Assembly: GCF_018350175.1 (NCBI RefSeq)
Contig: NC_058369.1
Span: 12,712,001-12,776,000, forward strand
Length of the DNA stretch: 64,000 nt
Reading direction: 5' to 3'
Source of the DNA: Felis catus
Lineage: Eukaryota
Positions 12,510-24,336 of this stretch are shown here, in pieces; positions within the stretch are counted from its first letter, which is position 1; the number at the start of each line of letters is the position of its first letter. A program made the position numbers and the translations under genes. A model generated the notes under the pieces. It ran no database searches. It had not been told where the DNA came from and saw only the letters and a program-made list of their open reading frames with translations.

Positions 12510-13450
12510 CGTGATGCAACAAGAAACCATATTTGGTGTTTGTTCCGGTTCCCGGCTCAGCGCTCCTAAAACCCTTGTCCTAAGCGATGAGCGATAGAAG
12601 CATCTTTTGTACTATTTACTTTCCGTCCCCCGTTTCTGAAGTAGGAGGGTCTTTTGTTATTCACGACAAACCCTTTCAACGACACCCAACTTTCTGTGAA
12701 CGGGATGACTTTTGGAACACAGCTAAGGATGGGGGCTGGCTGTCAGGGAACCAACTCTGTGATTAGATTCCAAAGAGGCAGGAGGGGCTGGAAATTATCA
12801 CCGATGGCCAAGGATGGCGTGAATCATGACTATGTCTTGAAGCCTCTGTGAAAACCCAAAAGGACGGGGCTCGAAGAGCTTCTGGTTTGGTGGACACGTG
12901 GAGGTGCTGGTGGGGGGCGCACCCGGGGAGGGCATGGAAACCCCATACCCCTTCCCACATCCCCTGCCCTATGCATCGCTTCCTCTGGCTGTTCCCGAGT
13001 GGCATCCTTTACAGTAAACTGGTGACAGTAAGTAAAGCGCTTTTCTGAGTTCTATGAGCAGATCTGGCAGATGATGGAATCCCAAAAGGGGGTCACTGGA
13101 CCCCCCCTGATTTGTAGCCAGTCTGTCAGAAGTCCTGGAGACCCGGATTTGTAGCTGAGGTCGGAAGTGGGGGCCGTCTTGTGGGACCAAGGAAGGCTCT
13201 CACCTGTGGGGTCTGTGCGATCTCCGGGTGGTGTCAGAATTGCCCAGGGTGGGGGCGCCTGGGTGGCTCAGTGTGGTAAGCGCCCAACTCTTGATCTCAG
13301 CTCAGGTCTCGATCTCAGGGTTGCGAGTTCAAGCCCCGTGTTGGGCCTCGCACTGGGCATGAAGTCTGCTTTAAAAAAATAATAAGTATAATAATTTGCT
13401 CGGTGTGGAAAACCCACGTTCGGTGTCAGAAGTACTGTGAGTAGAGTACA
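12510..13450 (+). mobile_element. MER21-like solo LTR with short SINE (13252-13385)
   Basis: Starts gtgatgcaacaagaaaccatatttgg...ctcctaaaacccttg, resembles recalled MER21 consensus. Confidence 0.6.
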
Positions 13451-14394
13451 GGAAACAGAAGTTTGCTTTTAGGTCCCAAGGACCTTTGGGGGGGCGGGGA
13501 GGCACTGGTTGTGTTCAGGATCTCGACCGCGGTGACGGTTTCACGGGCAAGTACATATGTCAAAACTTAGCCAATCCGATATTTTACACAGATGTGTGCA
13601 GTTTATTGTGTGCTGGCTGTGCCTCGATAAATCTGTTTATAAAAACAGAAACATACATTTTTTTCTGGATTCAGGAGCTACGGTATGAGACTGGGCCACA
13701 GGGCGAGGACTTTCGGAGGAGGGAGAGGCATCTCAGAACCCTGCCGCGTGGGATCACGGGCCTGAAGTGCGCTGTTGGACTCTGCCTGCTCTGGGTTGGG
13801 GAGAAGCCAGCAGTCCCCGGATGCTGCCCTGGCCACAGCAATGTCACAGAGCATCCTGCTGACAGGAAGGAGCTTGTGCCCACTGCAAGGAGCATGGGGA
13901 ACCAGGGAGGGGTGAGTCTAGCTGTGGTGGGCCCTCTTGGGGTGCAGGAACCCAGATCTCAAGCCATCCTGGGTCCCCACCCGTGGGCTGCAGGCCCTGG
14001 CGAGGCAACGATGGGCAGATAATCCCCGGGGTCAGGCATAGCCAACCTTTCAGCTCTCGGGTCACCTGTGGGCCCCCAGGGCAGTGTCAGGCTGGTCTTG
14101 GCGGCCTGCAGCTGACCCCGGCCCACACTCTGGGAACACGCACCAGCCTCGCTACTCCAGACTTGATAGCAGAAACTTCCGGTCGGACGTCCCCAGAACC
14201 ACCTCCCTGAGACCCCAATTTCTAGGTTTTCATCTCAGGGCATAAGCTATGATCTTCAGGCCCCAGCTTGCCCATCAGCTGTCCCCTTGTCCCTGGGACA
14301 GACCCCAGACACCTCCCCCTCACCCCCGCAGGCCACCCTCAGGAGATCACTCACTGATGTGGCCTCTGCACCCACACAGCTCGCTCTTCCTTTT

Positions 14395-14616
14395 TGTTTT
14401 TTTTTAATTTTTTTAAATCTTTATTTTTGTGAGAGAGAGAGCGAGAGAGCACAAGTGGGGGAGGAACAGAGGGAGAGGGAGACCCAGAATCCGAAGCAGG
14501 CTCCAGGCTCCGAGCTGTCAGCACAGAGCCCGATGCGGGGCTCGAACCCACGACCCGTGAGATCATGACCTGAGTTGAAGTCAGATGCTTAGCCAACTGA
14601 GCCACCCAGGTGCCCC
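14395..14616 (-). mobile_element. Can-SINE
   Basis: Reverse SINE head at 14616, poly-T; TSD-like cccacacagctc. Confidence 0.88.
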
Positions 14617-16034
14617 ATTTTTTTTTTTTCCCACACAGCTCTTTCTGGTCTCATAGGTCCTGTCCAGGTGCGTTGACATCGTGAAGCCCCGCCCGGGGGG
14701 GGGGGGTCCCTCAGCTGAGTGGCTGTGACTCCAAATGAATCCCTATAACCTGTGCTGCACCTGGCCCACCTCCCCGGGGGCCCGTGCACCGATGGAACGA
14801 GTGATCCTGGGATGCGTGTGCCTGTGCTGGGAGGAGGGTAGAGGCACCATCTACAGCCCTTCTTACACCGCCAGAGCCCTGGGCAGGGCAGGGAGTCAGA
14901 CACCCCCAGGCTTTTATGTCCCTTGGGCTGCCACCACGGCCCAACCACTCATTCTTGGAGGCCCCAGTGAGATGAGAGCAGGGACCAGCCTCAGACGGTA
15001 CTCCGGCCAGCTCTGAGGTCTGGCGGGTGAGAAAACTGACGGCCAGACAATTCACCCCCAGAATGGGCGCCCTGGCTGGTTCTGCCTTCTGGGCAAACAG
15101 GCTGGAAACAAAAGCGCCACAGTAAACGCCCTGGCCCGTCTCAGCTCCGCCGGCCACTTCTGTCCTGGGGAAGATGCCATCTCGGTGCCAGGAATGTTCC
15201 GGACACACCCTGGGCCAGGAGGCAACTGGCTGTAAGCATCCTCTGCTCCCTGTGGGGACTCACCCTGCCCTGCAGGACATTGGGTCTGCAGGGGACAGAG
15301 CCCAAGACAGCCACCGGGCCAATGGCATGTCTGGGCCAGTTGAGGTAGGCAGGGACAAGACCCCCTGGGTCAGGTGGGCAGGTGCAGTCAGCCCTCGGGT
15401 GAGGCGAGCGCGTCTTCTTCTTCTCTCACCAAGCATCCAAGGTCACCACCCACTAGGCCAGTGAACCAGGTACTTAAAGATGGAACCAGACTGGCCCAGC
15501 CCTTGAGGGTCCACAACGTTTAGGGAAATCAGTTCTAAACAGGCGAGTTCCAGAACCTCTGACAGCAGAACTCACCTCACAGGGCACCAGTGGGGACCAG
15601 AACTGAGGGTAGAAGGTCAGCTCTATGTCCAGGATGTATCCAGTGGTCCATAAAGGGCACCTGTTTCCCATAGTGCAGGTGGGGGGCCTCCTGGGTGTGA
15701 CACAGGGGCCAGGTGGCCTGGGAGTGGGAGGAAGCAGCTCCCAGGGGCCGGTTTGCAGGAGGAGATGTTTCCATGCAAAGCTGCCAAGGCTGCTTCGCTG
15801 TTCTGGCCCCCCAGGCCCATGTCCCACCCCACCCTGGGTCCTCAGCCCCTGCTGCCCTGTGAGCCGGGGGGTGTCATTCCTACCTCCCCAGCGTCACCTG
15901 CCTTGTCTCCAATGGACTTCGGCTCTAGGGGGCAGACTCCAGGCCTCACCACCCTCTACCTCTTCCATGGGACTCTTTCCATTCCTTTCTTTTTTTTTTT
16001 TTTTTTTTTAACAGTTTATCAAGATATACTTCTT

Positions 16035-16780
16035 GGGGCGCCTGGGTGGCTCGTCAGTTAAGACTCCACCTTTGGCTCAGGTCATGATCTCATGATCTGT
16101 GAGTTCAAGCCCTGTGTCGGGCTCCGTGCTGACAGCTCAGAGCCTGGAGCCTGCTTTGAGTTCTGTGTCTCCCCCTCTCTCTGCCCCTCCCCTGCTCACG
16201 CTCTGCCTCTCTCTCTTAAAAATAAACATTAAATGGGGCGCCTGGGTGGCGCAGTCGGTTAAGCGTCCGACTTCAGCCAGGTCACGATCTCACGGTCCGT
16301 GAGTTCGAGCCCCGCATCAGGCTCTGGGCTGATGGCTCGGAGCCTGGAGCCTGTTTCCGATTCTGTGTCTCCCTCTCTCTCTGCCCCTCCCCCGTTCATG
16401 CTCTGTCTCCCTCTGTCCCAAAAATAAATAAAAAACGTTGAAAAAAAATTTTTTTTAAATAAACATTAAAAAAAAAAGATATACTTCCCATAAAGTTCAC
16501 CCATTTCAAATGTACAATTCAATAGTTTTTAGTATATTGACAGAGTTGTGCTGTCACCATAACCTAATTCTAGAATATTTTCATCACTCCGAAAGGAGAG
16601 CTCGTTCCCATGAGCAGTCACCATCCACCCCCCACCACACCCCCAGCCCCTGGCAACCACTAATTGCCTTCTGTCTCTATGGATTTGGGTCTTCTGGAAG
16701 TTTCATGTCAATGGGATCACACATCATGTGGGATTTTGGGACTGGCCTCCCTCACTCAGCACGATGTTTCAAGGTTCATT
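16035..16780. mobile_element. Can-SINE with young SINEC_Fc-type SINE (16235-16457) in its tail, within a minus-strand L1 fragment
   Basis: Outer TSD aagatatacttc, inner TSD aaataaacattaaa; L1 text 16480-16780. Confidence 0.85.
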
Positions 16781-17271
16781 CCTGAGGCCTTCTTCACAGC
16801 TTATCAAACCGGTGGAGAGAGACAACAGTGGTTCTGCTGAGAATAAGAAAGGGCCCCAAAGTCCCAAAGACAGCAGCAACAGTGAAACCACCAATAACAG
16901 TAACCGTTGGCTTTTATGGAGTGAGCACCATATAGCAGGAATGAATCATGTCATTTTTTTTTTTATAACCACCTTCAGCAAGGACGACTATTGTCCCCAG
17001 TCCTCAGACAAGGGGATTGCATCCCAGAAACACTGGCTGCCCAGTTAGAGCCCGGATCTCACAGCACCCCGACCCCCTCGCACACACCCTCCAGCCACAC
17101 TCTGCCCTTCTGCCACTGGCCTTGCCCTCTCTGCTTGGAACACTGTTCCCAGCAGCCTCTGCATGGCTGGTTCTATCCTCGTGGGGGGATGGGAGGCTGG
17201 CAGCTCCTCTGTACCTGTGGGGGTCCCCCAAAATGGCAGCCTTGGGACTTGGCCGCAACTTAAATGTTCTA

Positions 17272-17339
17272 AAGAAAGAAAGAGAGGAAGGAAGGAAGGA
17301 AGGAAGGAAGGAAGGAAGGAAGGAAGGAAGGAAAAGGGA

Positions 17340-17383
<44 letters not shown>

Positions 17384-17476
17384 CAAAGAAGAAGGGAAGG
17401 AAAGGGAAGGAGGAAGGAAGGAAGAAAAAAAGAAAGAAAAGAAAGAAAGGGAGAGAGAAGAAAGAGAAAGAAAGAA

Positions 17477-17519
<43 letters not shown>

Positions 17520-17561
17520 GGAGAGAGGAAAGAAAGAAAGAAAGAAAGAAAGAAAGAAGGA

Positions 17562-17609
<48 letters not shown>

Positions 17610-17621
17610 AATGGAAGGGGA

Positions 17622-17685
<64 letters not shown>

Positions 17686-17716
17686 AAAGGGAAGGAGGAA
17701 GGAAGGAAGGAAGGAA
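17272..17716. repeat. Compound (GGAA)n/(GAAA)n polypurine microsatellite, ~445 bp
   Basis: Almost pure purine run seen directly. Confidence 0.97.
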
Positions 17717-18044
17717 AACACAAAAGAAAGCAAGGGGCTGTTTTTCAGTCTGATGCACTAATCTGTGAGGATCTCAAAGAAATGTTAAAGCCTCTGTTGG
17801 TATTAGTGCTCTGACTACATTTTGCACCTCATACACAAAGTAAGCCATCCCCTGATTGTTTGCTACACTAGGAGCGTATAACTGAGCCCAATTTAAGTCT
17901 ACAATACTTCCACTAAGAAAGAGATCCTTTATTTACCATTAATAATCCGCAAATGATCTGTTTTATAATAGCCACGATTATTTCATTCGCCATTTTGAAA
18001 GCTTGGTCAGTAAAAAGTTGGGTGCTGTTAGAATTGGGGAATCT

Positions 18045-18259
18045 TTTCTTTTTAATTTTTTTTTAATGTTTATTTATTTCTGAGAGAGAGACAGAGAATG
18101 ATCAGGGGAAGGGCAGAGAGAGAGGGAGACACAGAATCAGAAGCAGGTTCCAGGCTCTGAGCTGCCAGCACAGAGCCCGACGCGGGGCTCAAACTCACAA
18201 ACCGTGAGATCGTGACCTGAGCCGAAGTCGGTTGCTCAACCGAGCCACCCATGCGCCCC
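18045..18259 (-). mobile_element. Can-SINE with TSD agaattggggaatctt
   Basis: TSD at both flanks. Confidence 0.9.
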
Positions 18260-19623
18260 AGAATTGGGGAATCTTGAGCTTGGCCTCTGTAGTGAGCTGA
18301 AGTCCATCCCCCTGCCCCCCTCCCCCCCGCAATCTCCCCAAATGATGTCTGAGTCCTAATCCCAACTCTGGAACCGGAGAATGCGGCCTCCATTGGAGTT
18401 AGGGTCTTCAGGCTCCAGTGCTCACATCTTACCTGGATGCCTCGTTATCAAAGGAGACACAAGGAGACATGAGATGCCAAGACATTCAAGGGGGTGAAGA
18501 CGAGCTACGGGGAACAGCTCAGAACGAGGCCGGGCAGCACCCCAAACTCCCTCCAGCCACCAGGACACAGGCATTGGGATAGGAAAGCGCATAAAGGCTT
18601 GTCTCTCTCTCTGCGAGGGATACCTGTCGTTTCACACGTCTTTTTGCCTAACGTGTCTCCGAAACTCCGTAAGAACATGTCTCGTTTGCAGAGTAACTGC
18701 AAAGCGCTTTGGCTGGGCCACTGGTCAGGTCCCCCTTGGAACTCCACTTATCTGCCTTCACCTGTTCATCCCTGATGCTAGATCCACGGTCAGGACAGAC
18801 TAGGATGTTGATCCTAATGGCCTGGTGTCCCCAGGCCTCTCGCAGCCGCTCGGGGAGGCTGGGGCGGATGGGATGCTGCTGTGTGAGCGCGCGAATCGCT
18901 GGCCCGTGGCCAGGGCAGCCCGGGACCCGGAGCCCAGAAGCTTTTAGGTCTCCGGGGAAAAGTGTGGTGCCGACAGGAAAATATTTGTTTGGTTTGTAAG
19001 CGGAGCTAGCCCTCTACGGAAGGGACTGAGGAGACAAGAAAGGTGGAAGCCCGTGTGGTCACGATGTTGGCGAGGCTCCCGACTCGGCTTTGCCAGGCAG
19101 CACGGGGGGGGGGGGCGCGGTCCTAGGGGGCTCTGCACAGAGGTGATGGACGTGACCCGCGACCCTCTCGCTTTCTGAAATCATCAAACATCTGCTGAGT
19201 GAGCTGTTTGGGAACGGGTCCCAGGCCGGTCGTGGAGGGAGCAGAGCCAGGGGTGGGGGTAGGGCGGGGGGGGGGGGGGGGGGGGGTGGCGGGGGTGGAG
19301 ACGGATAAGCCCCAGGGCCCTTTTCATCAGGAACACACATGAGTCATTTTTCATCAGTCAAAAAGAGGGAAAAAGACCAAATGCAGTTAATGAACGCTCG
19401 CATACCAAGCTGTGACCGGACGGGGCAACAGCGAAACCTTGGAGGGACCTTAAATGCCCATCAGGCGGGGAGGAGGACTAAGTAAACAAGGTCGCATCCA
19501 CCCGACGAGATAGCAGGTAGCTGATATAAAGAGCAAAGAGGAGCCAGATATGCTGACACGGAAAGATACAGGACAGATTGTTCAGTGAAAGAACAACTTG
19601 CCCAACAATCTGTGCCAGCTGTA

Positions 19624-20476
19624 CAGCTGACCTTGAACAATACGCGTTTCACGTGGGCGGGTCCACTTAAGACACACGGTTGTTTCGATACAGTACAGGA
19701 CTGTAAATGTGTTTTCTCCTCCTTATGATTTTCGTTTTTTTTTTCCTTAATTTTTTTTTTAACATTTATTCATTTTGGAGAGACAGAGAGAGACAGAGGG
19801 TGAGCGGGGAAGGGGCAGGGAGAGAGGGAGACACAGAATCCGAAGCAGACTCCAGGCTCTGAGCTGTCAGCCCAGAGCCCGACGCGGGGCTCGGACCCAC
19901 AAACCATTATATCCTGACCTGAGCTGAAGTCGGACACTTAACTGACTAAGCCACCCAGGCACCCCCAGTTCACCCCATTTAAAAACATTTTCTTTAATGT
20001 TTATTTATTTTTGAGAGAGAGAGAGAGAGAGAGAGACAGAGCATGAACGGGGGAGGGGCAGAGAGAGAGGGAGACACAGACTCGAAAACAGGCTCCAGGC
20101 TCCGAGCTGTCAGCGCAGAGCCCGACGCGGGGCTCGAACCCACAGACCGTGAGATCGTGACCTGAGCTGAAGTCGGACGCCCAACCGACTGAGCCACCCA
20201 GGCGCCCCCATCCTCTTTATGATTTTCTTACTAAGATCTTCTTTTCTCTAGATTGCTCTATCGTAAGAATACAGAATAGAATACATGTGACATACGAGGT
20301 GTAGGTTAATTGACTATGTGTGCTATTGGTAAGGCTTCTGGTCACCAGTGGGGTATTAGCAGTTAAGTCTTGGGGAAGTCGGATGTTATCTGTAGATTTC
20401 TGACCGTGGGCTAAGGGGGATGGTGGGGGGAGGGAGTGTCAGCCGCCCTACCCCCTCGTTGTTCAAGGATCCACTG
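19624..20476 (+). mobile_element. Tigger2/MER8-like MITE interrupted by two Can-SINEs (19734-20209, minus)
   Basis: TA-flanked termini cagctgaccttgaacaa ... ttgttcaaggatccactg. Confidence 0.8.
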
Positions 20477-21430
20477 TATCTGCTTCCCATGGCTGTTGTA
20501 ACAAATTGCCGTGACCCTGGCGGCTGGAACAACACGAACGAATGTATCCCCTTACGGTCTGGAGGCCGGAAGTCTGCAGTCAGCGGCATCAGGCTACGGT
20601 CAAGGTGTCAACAAGGCTGCCTCTTTCTGGGGCCTCCAGGGGGGAATTCGTGTCCTTGCCTTCCCTGGCATTTGGATGGAAATAGAAGCAGTGTGACCTG
20701 AGTTTCAGGCTCGTGGCCCCTTCCTGCCTTACTCTAACCTCTTGCTTCTGTGGCCTCATCGCCTATGCTGTGTGAGACTGTCCTCTGCTTCCCTCTCATA
20801 AGGACACATGGGGGCGGGGGCGCCTGGGTGGCTCAGTCGGTTAAGCGTCCGACTCTTGATTTCAGCCCAGGACATGATCTCGTGGTTCATGAGATGGAGC
20901 CCCGTGTCGGGCTCTGTGCTGACAACACGGAGCCTGCTTGGGATTCTCTCTCTCTCTCTCTCTCTCAAAAATAAATAAACATTAAAAAAAATTTTAAATA
21001 CTTTATAAATGCTAAAAAGTGCTAAGCTTTCAGTGAGTTGTAATCACTGATCGCAGATCACCGTAACAAACACAACGATAACGAACAGGTTCGAAATATC
21101 AAGAGAACCACCAAAATATGACAGACAGATACAAAATGAGCCAACACTGTTAGAAAAACGGTGCTGACAGACTTGCTTAATGCAAGGTTGCCGTTGCCAC
21201 AAACCTTGAGTTTGTGAAAAACATGTCATCTGCACAGCGGCATAAGCGAGGCGCAGTAAAGTCAGGGATAGCCCGTACAGGAAGTTCACGGCTCAACCCC
21301 GTCGGAGAAGGAAAGCGGCCACAAGCAGTGTGTAAATGAATGACAGTAGCTGTGTGCCAATGAAACTTTATTTACAAAACCAGGCTGCAGGTCCGCTTTG
21401 GCCTGGGGGCTCTAGTTTGCCAATTCCTGG
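20477..21430. mobile_element. MLT1-like LTR fragment, Can-SINE (20817-21000) and MER58-like fragment
   Basis: MLT phrase ggctgttgtaacaaattgcc; MER58 phrase gtgccaatgaaactttatttacaaaa. Confidence 0.6.
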
Positions 21431-21465
21431 CCATCCCGCACAATTTGAGGATAATAATTCCATTT

Positions 21466-21686
21466 TTGAATTTTTTTTTTCAACGTTTTTTATTTATTTT
21501 GGGGACAGAGAGAGACAGAGCCTGAATGGGGGAGGGGCAGAGAGAGAGGGAGACACAGAATCGGAAGCAGGCTCCGGGCTCCGAGCCATCAGCCCAGAGC
21601 CCGACGCGGGGCTCGAACTCCCGGACCGCGAGATCGTGACCTGGCTGAAGTCGGATGCTTCACCGACTGCGCCACCCAGGCGCCCC
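21466..21686 (-). mobile_element. Young SINEC_Fc-type Can-SINE
   Basis: Near-consensus, CpG-rich, perfect TSD aataattccattttt. Confidence 0.92.
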
Positions 21687-22315
21687 AATAATTCCATTTT
21701 TGTACAGAAACTGAAGAACGGGACAAAAACTGTAGGCAACAGCTCCCTGCTGCCTCTGGGGCAGTCATGCTGCCTCTATCTTTAAAGAGTTTCCAGAATG
21801 TGACCATTTCTCCTCACCTCTGCTGTCCCCTGCCCCGGGTGAGCCCCCTCATCACCTGCCTAGACGACGCGGCCCCCACAGGTCTCCCAGTCCCCGTCCT
21901 GGCAAACAGATGGCAGAATACTCACTCCTCTGCTCCAAAACTCCCGAAGGCTCCTCCTCCCACCCAGGCGCTCTCGCCTCAGGGCCTTTGCACTGGCTGC
22001 TCTCGCTGCCTGGAACACACGTCAGCTGGACGCCTTCGTGGCAAACCTCCTCACCCTCTTCTTGGTAAGATGTACGGTTGCTGCTCTCACGCCCCGGTGT
22101 CCTCACCTTCTCAGCTTTCTCAGCTCCGTTCCTTGTTCACAGAACTACCATCTGATGTAACAGATAACTTATTTACCGTGTTTACCATGTGTTGTCTAGC
22201 TCCCTTCACTACAGGGTAAGCCCCACGAGGCGGGGATCTTTGGGCGACCTTTCTTTGCACATGAATACCTTTCGGTTGAATAACAAGCGTGCACCCGTGG
22301 AAAGATACATACGCA

Positions 22316-22950
22316 GGGGGCTCCTGGGTGGCTCAGTCGGTTGAGCGTCTGACTCTCGATTTTGGCTCGGGTCATGATCCCTGGGTCGTGGAATTGAGCC
22401 CGCCTACTTAAAACACACGCTCTCTCTCTCTCTCTCTTCCTCTGTCACTCTCCCCTGCACACACTCTCCCCCTCTCTAAAAAAATAAAAATAGGTACATA
22501 CACGTATCGGAAAGGATCCACACCAAACCCTCAGAGAAAACTAGAGAGACCCTCTTGATCTCACGTGCTTTTTGCAACAAGCGTATCCCCTGTTCTAATG
22601 CAAATTAAAACACAGGGATGTTTCTCAAAGGCACAAAATATTTTCTAAGGGCCCAGAACCAACAGAAAAATCTTTATAGGGGAGAAATACTTGTTTGGGA
22701 GGTGCATTTCAGTTAGAAAAAAAAGAACAGGATTTCTGGGAACGTGAAAAATGGGCAAAATAGCTGGGACCTCTTCGAAATCTGCTTTTGGTGTTGGAAG
22801 TCACGTGATGAGGAAGCCATGTGTTAAAATGCCCTGGGGGCGCCTGACTGGCTCAGTCAGAAAAGCACACAGCTCTTGATCCTGGAGTTGTGAGTTCAAG
22901 CCCCATGTTGGGTGTAGAGATGACTTCGATAAATAAATATATTTTTTAAA
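22316..22950 (+). mobile_element. Two older Can-SINEs (22316-22490; 22837-22950)
   Basis: SINE heads and tails. Confidence 0.75.
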
Positions 22951-23159
22951 AATGTCCTGACTGAGCAAACTGGCCAACCTCAGCATGGGAAGTGGGGCGG
23001 GGGTGGGGGTCGGAATGAGTGTTTCTGTGTGTGGGGACCCCTTGTCTGGGGCAGGCCCTGGGCTGGAGGGTGCCGTCTGAGGTCTGGGTCGCCCCTCGGA
23101 TGGGAAGCAGCACCTGCAAGGTCAGCCGCTTCAGGAGCCCTCGGCTTCTACTGCGACGT

Positions 23160-23870
23160 GAGTGTCCTGGGCTACTGAATAAAGCACCGTAAACTGGGGG
23201 GCATAAAACAATGGGAATTTTGGGGCGCCTGGGTGGCTCCGTCGGTTGAGTGTTCGACTTCAGCTCAGGTCATGATCTCATGGCTCATGAGTTCGAGCCC
23301 CGCGTCGGGCTCCGGGCTGACAGCTCAGAGCCTGGAGCCTGCTTCAGATTCTGTGTCTCCCTGTCTCTTGGCCCCTCCCCTGTTCATGCTCTGTCTCTCA
23401 ATAATAAATAAACGTTTAAAAACATTTTTTTAAAAAACAAAAAACAATAGGAATTTATTACCCCAGAGTTCTGGAGGCCAGAAGTCCAGAATCAAGGTAT
23501 CAGCAAGGCCATGCTCCCTCTGAAGGCTCTAGGGGCGGATCCTTCCAGGCCTTTTGCGGCCCCTGGGGACTCTGGCGTTCCCTGGCTGGTGCCGTGTGAC
23601 CCCAATCTCTGCCTCTACCTCCTCCTGCCTCCACCTCTTCTCCCCGTCTTCCTTCTGTGCATGTCTCTTCTCTCTGTGTCCACATTTCGCCTTTTTTTTT
23701 TTTTTTTTTTTAAGGACACTAGTCACACTGGATCAAGGCCCAGCCTAATGACCTCACTTTAACCTGGTTAAATCCAAAAAGACCCTCTTTCCAAATCAGG
23801 TCGCGCCGTGCAATTCCAGGGGTCAGTAGTAGCATTGGTGAGGGACACAATTCGGCCCACGACAGAGGCT
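23160..23870. mobile_element. MLT1-like LTR with Can-SINE (23222-23445)
   Basis: gttctggaggccagaagtcc, ctctttccaaat phrases; TSD aaaacaat(g/a)ggaattt. Confidence 0.7.
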
Positions 23871-24159
23871 GTGTCCTCCTCAAAGGGCAGCAAGAGAGGA
23901 AACACATCTGCCTACATTGGGGACTGAGGACGGCGTGTTCTGCAGCGGCCGATGCCCCTTCTGGACCTCCCGGCTGCCTTGCTGGATTCAGGAGAGAGAA
24001 CAGGCTTCAGCTGCGAACCAAGTGTTTCCGGGAGAACTGTGCCGGCCACACGCTTATCAGCAGGGGACACCTCATGGCCACGGGGACACCCACGGGGTGG
24101 GAGAACACAGCACTCCCCAAAAGTCTGATTTTGCTAAAATGTTCAATTGTGAGAAGAAA

Positions 24160-24336
24160 ATTAATGTTTATTTATTTTTATTCTGAGAGAGAGAGAAAGA
24201 GAGACAGACTCCCAAGCAGGCTCCACACCATCAGTGCAGAGCCCGACACTGGGCTTGAACTCACAAACCGTGAGATCATGACCTGAGCCGAAATCAAGAG
24301 CTGGCTGCTTAACCGACTGAGCCACCCAGGCGCCCC
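24160..24336 (-). mobile_element. Can-SINE
   Basis: Reverse head at 24336. Confidence 0.8.

Larger units (their letters stand above)
7600..18485 (-). pseudogene. Putative decayed multi-exon protein-coding gene (unitary pseudogene?), CMD/AhpD-like 3' half
   Basis: ~13 AG..GT-bounded segments in non-repeat DNA that join in one reading frame with 3 stops in ~320 codons and one GT>AT donor; see findings. Confidence 0.5.

Noticed and set aside
15576..15660. TFYPQFW similarity to the CPED1 PC-esterase motif SYYPQFW
   Set aside because: Only five identical residues and the flanks do not align
17004..17814. ORFs of 150-265 aa rich in K/E/R or F/L/S
   Set aside because: Translations of the GAAA/GGAA microsatellite
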